In this document: positions 59,448 to 64,000 of the stretch, piece by piece
Position numbering within the stretch: the stretch's first letter is position 1
Layout of the letters: every line of letters starts with the position of its first letter
From: an uncultured SAR86 cluster bacterium
GTDB lineage: Bacteria > Pseudomonadota > Gammaproteobacteria > Magnimaribacterales > TMED112
Reading direction: 5' to 3'
Assembly (NCBI GenBank): GCA_902526535.1
Contig: CABZLG010000002.1
Coordinates: 28,017-92,016, forward strand
Length of the DNA: 64,000 nucleotides
Notes under the pieces: model-generated
Told to the model about the DNA's origin: nothing
The model's database searches: none
Seen by the model: the letters and a program-made list of their open reading frames with translations, nothing else
Position numbers and translations under genes: made by a program

Positions 59448-60491
59448 TTATTTAAGCGACTCTAAAAAGTTCGTATTAGAAAATTTTAAAGTAATTTTCT
59501 TATCTCTCAACACAGCGCTACCAATTTCACCACAATTTTTATCAACTCTACAAAAACCTATGTTTTTTTTGAATGTTGGACTCCATGTTCCGCTTGTTAC
59601 AACTCCAGAGCCGCCTTCAAATATTACCTCTGCACCGCCTCTTAAAACCCCTCTTTCTTCTGTGTAAAAACCTTTAAGAATTTTTTTTGAGTCTTTTTTT
59701 TCTTTAAGAGCATTTTTTCCAATGAAGTCTCTATCTATATCATTTAAATCTATTGTCCATCCAATATTTGAATCGTAGGGTGTATTAGTTTGATCCATGT
59801 CTGTTCCGTAGAGATTTAGCCCTGCTTCAAGGCGTAAAGTATCCCTTGCTGCCAATCCGATTGGTTGAACATCATTTGAAATAAAATTATTCCAAAACTT
59901 AATACCTTTTTCTTGGTCACAAATAATTTCATAACCTAATTCTCCTGTATAGCCGGTTGAAGCAATCATCACATCATCTGTATTGCAAACAGAAAATTTT
60001 GATATATCTTTTTCAATATAACTTTTTATGAATTTATGAGAATTAGGACCCTGAAGAGCTAAAATTGAATAATCAGACTTAAAGTCAATTCCTACGTTAA
60101 AAGGTTCTGCAATCTTGCTTAACCAACTAAGGTTCTTCTCTCTTGTAGCGCAGTTTGAAACAATCCTAAAACTTTTATTTCCTAAATAATAAACTATCAG
60201 ATCATCAAGAATCCCACCTTCATAATTAAGCATTGGAGAATACAGCGCCTTATTCTGACCGTTAATCTTTTTTATGTCATTTGGAAGAAGAAATCTCAAA
60301 AAATCTTGTTGTTTTTCACCATCTAAATCAAAAACAGCCATATGGGAAACATCAAAAATACCTACGTTTGTTCTGACCTCATTATGTTCGTTAAGTTGAG
60401 AACCGTAATGTAAAGGCATTTCCCAGCCAGAGAAATCAACCATAAAACCACCTAAATCTTTATGTTTGCTGTTTAGGTAGGTAGCCTTCAT
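59448..60491 (-). CDS. gcvT: aminomethyltransferase (glycine cleavage T protein)
   Basis: 347 aa with FSGWEMPLHYGS, VGIFDVSHM and STGYTGELGYEI. Confidence 0.92.
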   Translation of the reverse strand: MKATYLNSKHKDLGGFMVDFSGWEMPLHYGSQLNEHNEVRTNVGIFDVSHMAVFDLDGEKQQDFLRFLLPNDIKKINGQNKALYSPMLNYEGGILDDLIVYYLGNKSFRIVSNCATREKNLSWLSKIAEPFNVGIDFKSDYSILALQGPNSHKFIKSYIEKDISKFSVCNTDDVMIASTGYTGELGYEIICDQEKGIKFWNNFISNDVQPIGLAARDTLRLEAGLNLYGTDMDQTNTPYDSNIGWTIDLNDIDRDFIGKNALKEKKDSKKILKGFYTEERGVLRGGAEVIFEGGSGVVTSGTWSPTFKKNIGFCRVDKNCGEIGSAVLRDKKITLKFSNTNFLESLK

Positions 60492-60853
60492 TTTTTAGCG
60501 AGAAATTCTATTTCAATACATGCGCCAAAAGCTAAATCAGCTACTCCAAACGCACTTCTTACTGGATAAGGTTTATCAAAATTCTTTAGATAGGTTTTAT
60601 TAAATTCAGGAAAGTAATCCATACTCTTAATCATGACAAGGCTTTTCACTATATTTGAAAAGTCTAGATTATAGTAATCGAGGTTTGCTTTTAGATTTTT
60701 AAAAATTTGCTTTGTTTCAGGTACTATTCCACCTTCAACTAAGCCATTTTCATCAAGCCCTAACATTCCAGAGAATTGAATAAATTCGTTTAATTCAACT
60801 GCATCTGAGTAAGGAGTATTATTTTTTTCGGAATTTTCAGTTTTAAATTTCAT
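60488..60853 (-). CDS. RidA/YjgF family protein
   Basis: 121 aa with the YjgF-type C-terminus PVRSAFGVADLAFGACIEIE. It overlaps the gcvT start by 4 nt. Confidence 0.75.
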   Translation of the reverse strand: MKFKTENSEKNNTPYSDAVELNEFIQFSGMLGLDENGLVEGGIVPETKQIFKNLKANLDYYNLDFSNIVKSLVMIKSMDYFPEFNKTYLKNFDKPYPVRSAFGVADLAFGACIEIEFLAKK

Positions 60854-60939
60854 TTAACTAATCTATATTTATTGCACTCAAATATCTAGTCATTAAATAG
60901 CCTTGTGTATTTATAAAAGTAATGTAAAATTTCCAATTT

Positions 60940-61140
60940 ATGGCAGCTAACAAACAGCAAAAAGTATACTTAATACCGGAGGGTGAAACTAGAGATAGTC
61001 ATAGCTATCACTACACCGTAGTTAAAACAAAAAAATTCATTCAAGAAAACGAGAAGCTCAAGATCAAAAAATTTAATCCTGTTAAAAGAAAGCATGAGTG
61101 GTTTGTTGAGGCAAAGCTTCCACCACATAGCAAAAACTAG
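60940..61140 (+). CDS. rpmG: ribosomal protein L33-like (long, Cys-less form)
   Basis: 66 aa. YHYTVVKTKK...EKLKIKKFNPVKRKHEWFVEAKL aligns by eye with the L33 consensus (Y-T-T-x-K-N-K...L-x-L-K-K-F-x-P...H-x-x-x-K-E-x-K). Confidence 0.6.
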   Translation: MAANKQQKVYLIPEGETRDSHSYHYTVVKTKKFIQENEKLKIKKFNPVKRKHEWFVEAKLPPHSKN

Positions 61141-61163
61141 AAACTTCTTTCTATAACCCTATA

Positions 61164-61541
61164 ATGAAAACTATGAATAAATTATTTGAATATTTAGAAG
61201 ACGTTATACTTGCTTCAATTGCAATCATGACCCTTGGCGCAGTAGCTTTTGAATTAATTTCAATTTATGAGCGTGGAGTCATAGAATTAGCTGATTTACT
61301 TCTAATGTTCATTTATGCTGAGGTGTTTGGCATGGTTGCAATTTATTTCAGAAGTCACGTCTTGCCAGTTATTTATCCATTATTCATCGGTATAACTGCG
61401 CTCGCGCGATTAATCGTTCTCCAAGGGAAAGAATCAGAACCTGAGCAATTGATCTTTGAAGCTGGTGCAATCCTACTTTTAAGTGTTGCAGCACTATTGC
61501 TAAGAAACGTAAAAGTAAGTCTCTCAAACGGAAAAAAATAA
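61164..61541 (+). CDS. psiE: PsiE family (phosphate-starvation-inducible) membrane protein
   Basis: 125 aa with 4 hydrophobic segments. FIGITALARLIVLQGKESEPEQLIFEAGAILLL parallels E. coli PsiE [31 protein letters not shown], as recalled from memory. Confidence 0.7.
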   Translation: MKTMNKLFEYLEDVILASIAIMTLGAVAFELISIYERGVIELADLLLMFIYAEVFGMVAIYFRSHVLPVIYPLFIGITALARLIVLQGKESEPEQLIFEAGAILLLSVAALLLRNVKVSLSNGKK

Positions 61542-61569
61542 CTTAAAATATTCATAAGGAGTTTTCTTT

Positions 61570-62961
61570 ATGTTGCGTATTCTAATTTTATTCTTATCTT
61601 TTAACCTCCTATCAGATGTAAACAAATTTATTGATGCATCCAGTAAAAAATATGACCAGCTAGCATTAGACCTTTGGGATTATGCAGAAATGGGCTATCA
61701 AGAGGTGAAAAGTTCAAATGCACTAAAAAAAGTTTTAAAAGAAGAAGGATTTTCAATAAGATCAAATATCGCTGGAATTCCAACTGCATTCATAGCTGAG
61801 TACAATAATGGAGGCCCAGTAATAGCAATTCTTGCAGAATATGATGCATTGCCTGGACTTTCTCAGAATAATGTTCCCTATCGTGAATCAGTTGGAGGAG
61901 AAGCTGGACATGCATGTGGACATAATCTTTTTGGTGCTGGTTCAGCTCATGCAGCAGTCGCAGTAAAAAGATGGCTAAAAAATACCAAGACCCAAGGCAC
62001 AATCAGATTATATGGCACACCAGCTGAGGAAGGTGGAAGTGGAAAGGTCTATATTGCTAGAGAGGGAGAATTTAAAGATGTAGATACCGTCTTACATTGG
62101 CATCCTGATACACAAAATAGAGCTCATTTTAGTGCTAGCAACGGAAACAAATCAGCAAAATTTAAGTTTAAAGGGATTTCATCACACGCAGCTGGAGCAC
62201 CACAGAATGGAAGATCAGCTTTAGATGGAGTTGAAGCCATGAACATGATGGTGAATATGCTTAGAGAACATATGGATGAAGAGGCAAGGATTCATTATGT
62301 AATCACTAAAGGGGGTTTAGCGCCAAATGTAGTTCCTGAAGAAGCAGAAGTATATTATTACGTGCGACATCCAAATGTTGATGGTGTACGAGATCTTTTC
62401 AATAGAGTTGTAAAAGCTGCTGAAGGAGCATCACAAGGTACTGAAACACAAATGACCTTTGAGGTGATGCATGGAAATTATCCTTTAATGCCAAATAGAA
62501 CACTTTCTGAAGTAGTAAATAATGAAATGCTTAAACTGGGAGGTATTTCGTATACGAAAGAGGAAGAAGAATTTGCTAAGAAAATTTACAAAACCTTAAT
62601 TAATCCACGAGCAAAAATTGGTGATCAAGAAGAAATAAAACCACTAGTTTTCCAACAGAGCAAGGGTTCAACAGATGTAGGTGATATTTCTTGGTTGGTG
62701 CCTACTTCAGGTGCCAGAGTAGCTACATGGGTACCTGGAACATCAGCCCATTCTTGGCAAGCAGTTTCTGCAGGAGGCATGTCCATTGGTACCAAAGGAA
62801 CTAATCTTGCAGCAAAAGTATTAGGGAATACAGCAGTTGAACTGTTTAAAAATCCTAAGATTATTGATGAAGCAAAAAGAGAATTAACGATGAAAGTTGG
62901 AGATCATAATTACCAAGCATTATTAGGTGATCGTCTACCTCCATTAGACTATAGAAATTGA
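61570..62961 (+). CDS. M20 family amidohydrolase (AbgB-like), secreted
   Basis: 463 aa with a signal peptide, the metal-ligand region GHACGHNLFGAGS and GTPAEEGGSGK. Confidence 0.8.
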   Translation: MLRILILFLSFNLLSDVNKFIDASSKKYDQLALDLWDYAEMGYQEVKSSNALKKVLKEEGFSIRSNIAGIPTAFIAEYNNGGPVIAILAEYDALPGLSQNNVPYRESVGGEAGHACGHNLFGAGSAHAAVAVKRWLKNTKTQGTIRLYGTPAEEGGSGKVYIAREGEFKDVDTVLHWHPDTQNRAHFSASNGNKSAKFKFKGISSHAAGAPQNGRSALDGVEAMNMMVNMLREHMDEEARIHYVITKGGLAPNVVPEEAEVYYYVRHPNVDGVRDLFNRVVKAAEGASQGTETQMTFEVMHGNYPLMPNRTLSEVVNNEMLKLGGISYTKEEEEFAKKIYKTLINPRAKIGDQEEIKPLVFQQSKGSTDVGDISWLVPTSGARVATWVPGTSAHSWQAVSAGGMSIGTKGTNLAAKVLGNTAVELFKNPKIIDEAKRELTMKVGDHNYQALLGDRLPPLDYRN

Positions 62962-62979
62962 TTTAAAATTGCCTTTGCT

Positions 62980-63417
62980 TTAATTTAAAAAAACTATATT
63001 TGCATTTAGATAAGATGCAAAACTAATCCAAAGAACATAGGGAAGGTATAAGAAGAAGCTTATATATGAATTATTTGTCCATAACTTATTTAGAATAATT
63101 ACATTTAAAATTATCAAAACAATAATATCAAAAAGAGCAAGAGTTAAGGCTTGGTGTGCAAAGAAAATCCAGCCCCACATACCATTTAAAATCAGTTGAA
63201 CGATGTAAATCTTATAGATTAATTTAGCTTGAAGAAAGCTCACTGCAGCCATAAGAGTGTATAGAATTGGCCAAACAATTCCAAAAATATAATTTGGAGG
63301 TCTTAAGCTTGATTGCTCTAGACTTTCGTACCATGACCAATCTGTAAAGCTGTTTGATAAACCACCAAGAAATGCTATTAAAAAAGTTAAAATAGGAAGT
63401 GATATTTTAAGAGCCAT
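62980..63417 (-). CDS. tspO: TspO/MBR family tryptophan-rich sensory protein
   Basis: 145 aa with five hydrophobic helices, Trp-rich (WSWYESL, WPILY, NGMWGWIFF). Confidence 0.8.
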   Translation of the reverse strand: MALKISLPILTFLIAFLGGLSNSFTDWSWYESLEQSSLRPPNYIFGIVWPILYTLMAAVSFLQAKLIYKIYIVQLILNGMWGWIFFAHQALTLALFDIIVLIILNVIILNKLWTNNSYISFFLYLPYVLWISFASYLNANIVFLN

Positions 63418-63456
63418 GTTTTAATAATATAATTTATTTTAACTATAGGAGGAAAA

Positions 63457-63822
63457 ATGACTACATATATAGTTTTTGCAAGTGCTCTTGCGTTAATTCA
63501 ATTTTGGGTGATTCCCTTTCTAATAAATGCAAAAAATCTCAACTGGCAAATGTCTAATAGAGATGAAAGTTTAGAGGATTCAGTTTTATTAAAAAGAGCA
63601 AGAAGAGCAGGCGCAAATATTTTGGAAACATTACCGATCTATTTAGTATTCTGTTTGTTATCAATTATTGAGGCTAAAGATATTTCAGAACCAGCTTTTT
63701 ATTGGCTAATTCTGAGAGTTATACACGGTCTGTGCTATTTGTTAGGTATTGCTTATGTGAGAACACTTGCTTGGCTGGGTTCATTAGGATGCCTTATTGT
63801 AATGGGTCTCTCATTGATTTGA
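63457..63822 (+). CDS. MAPEG family membrane protein
   Basis: 121 aa with 3-4 TM segments. RARRAGANILETLPIYL and RVIHGLCY are typical of bacterial MAPEG proteins. Confidence 0.65.
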   Translation: MTTYIVFASALALIQFWVIPFLINAKNLNWQMSNRDESLEDSVLLKRARRAGANILETLPIYLVFCLLSIIEAKDISEPAFYWLILRVIHGLCYLLGIAYVRTLAWLGSLGCLIVMGLSLI

Positions 63823-63827
63823 TATTA

Positions 63828-63899
63828 GCCTTCTTAGTTAAATGGATATAACAACTCCCTCCTAAGGAGTAGTTACAGGTTCGATTCCTGTAGGGGCAC
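63828..63899 (+). tRNA. tRNA-Arg (anticodon CCU) with an imperfect acceptor stem; CCA not encoded
   Basis: Hand fold gives D arm GTTA-AATGGATA-TAAC, anticodon arm ACTCC-CTCCTAA-GGAGT, variable region AGTT and T arm ACAGG-TTCGATT-CCTGT. The acceptor is 5' GCCTTCT against 3' AGGGGCA, so pairs 1-72 and 2-71 are mismatched in canonical register. Confidence 0.7.
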
Positions 63900-63906
63900 A
63901 AAATAA

Positions 63907-63930
63907 AAAGAGCCAGTAAACTGGCTCTTT
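63907..63930. terminator. bidirectional rho-independent terminator
   Basis: A perfect 10-bp stem AAAGAGCCAG / CTGGCTCTTT with loop TAAA. It has an A-run upstream and a T-run downstream, and sits between tRNA-Arg and a convergent gene end at the window edge. Confidence 0.7.
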
Positions 63931-64000
63931 AAAAATGTATTTTTTTAGTTAGGGCTTCGTAGAACAGGTCCAACATAGATTGATCCATTTCCACATTCAG

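Noticed and set aside
60854-60939. Possible glycine riboswitch upstream of the gcv operon, and likewise upstream of aceB at 3283-3290, as found in some streamlined marine bacteria.
   Set aside because: Only 86 nt (or 8 nt before aceB) are available. They are AT-rich and show none of the conserved G/C-rich glycine-aptamer helices, and a tandem aptamer would need roughly twice that length.
61138-61153. Weak hairpin TAGAAA-CTTC-TTTCTA after the L33-like gene, considered as a terminator.
   Set aside because: The stem is only 6 bp and almost all A/T, with no following T-run. psiE starts 10 nt later, so it is not a convincing intrinsic terminator.
63945-64000. End of a minus-strand gene at the window edge. 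Two frames are open: one ends ...GSIYVGPVLRSPN* at 63945, the other ...LFYEALTKKIHF* near 63929.
   Set aside because: It is too short to choose a frame or assign a product. I note only that the bidirectional terminator at 63907-63930 fits a convergent gene ending here.
1-64000. Scan for CRISPR arrays, IS elements or transposases, integrases, prophage genes, toxin-antitoxin pairs, restriction-modification or other defence systems, and biosynthetic gene clusters.
   Set aside because: No spaced direct repeats and no proteins with transposase, integrase, recombinase, nuclease-helicase or methyltransferase hallmarks were seen in any frame. Virtually every ORF has a housekeeping or metabolic assignment. 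This was a by-eye scan, so short or degenerate repeats could have been missed.

Overview
This is an AT-rich window (roughly one-third G+C by eye, not computed). It is extremely gene-dense: about 60 protein genes and 2 tRNAs, with most neighbours overlapping or less than 20 nt apart. It reads as core chromosome of a streamlined, probably marine, gammaproteobacterium. The gene orders icd/mnmA/purB, gap-nqr and msbA-lpxK-kdsB are gammaproteobacterial; the lineage cannot be confirmed without a database search. In order, the content is as follows. (1) icd (partial), then mnmA-purB-aceB-aceA. (2) A roughly 10.4 kb minus-strand run of two acyl-CoA dehydrogenases, a long-form GAPDH, nqrABCDEF, apbE and nqrM. 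(3) nfuA, etfBA and ETF-ubiquinone oxidoreductase. (4) DUF885 and an S1/P1 nuclease. (5) DUF1285, LysE, murB, kdsB, a fused msbA-lpxK and lolD-lolC/E. (6) An aldehyde dehydrogenase, hemH, an MFS transporter and trpS. (7) DUF349. (8) A block of poorly characterised oxidative and transport genes: a fatty-acid-hydroxylase-like protein, a SixA-like phosphatase, an FMO, DUF3445, a Na+/alanine symporter, a CIA30 protein and an S9 peptidase. (9) aceEF, a thioredoxin-like protein, ppsA and a class-C-type serine hydrolase. (10) Two ORFans next to tRNA-Ser(UGA). (11) An SDR, a short AMP-nucleosidase-like protein and ridA-gcvTHP. (12) An L33-like protein, psiE, a secreted M20 amidohydrolase, tspO, a MAPEG protein and tRNA-Arg(CCU). 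I saw no rRNA, CRISPR array, transposase, integrase, phage genes or recognisable defence genes. I did not find a convincing novel multi-gene system. The most unusual items are the single-ORF MsbA-LpxK fusion and a pair of acyl-CoA dehydrogenases with complementary motif decay. Others are a divergent FMO/DUF3445 pair, the only large non-coding spacer (6147-6510, tiled by three short ORFs in shifted frames) and a tRNA-Arg with a defective acceptor stem. All calls rest on reading the translations and the DNA by eye; no searches or folding programs were run.
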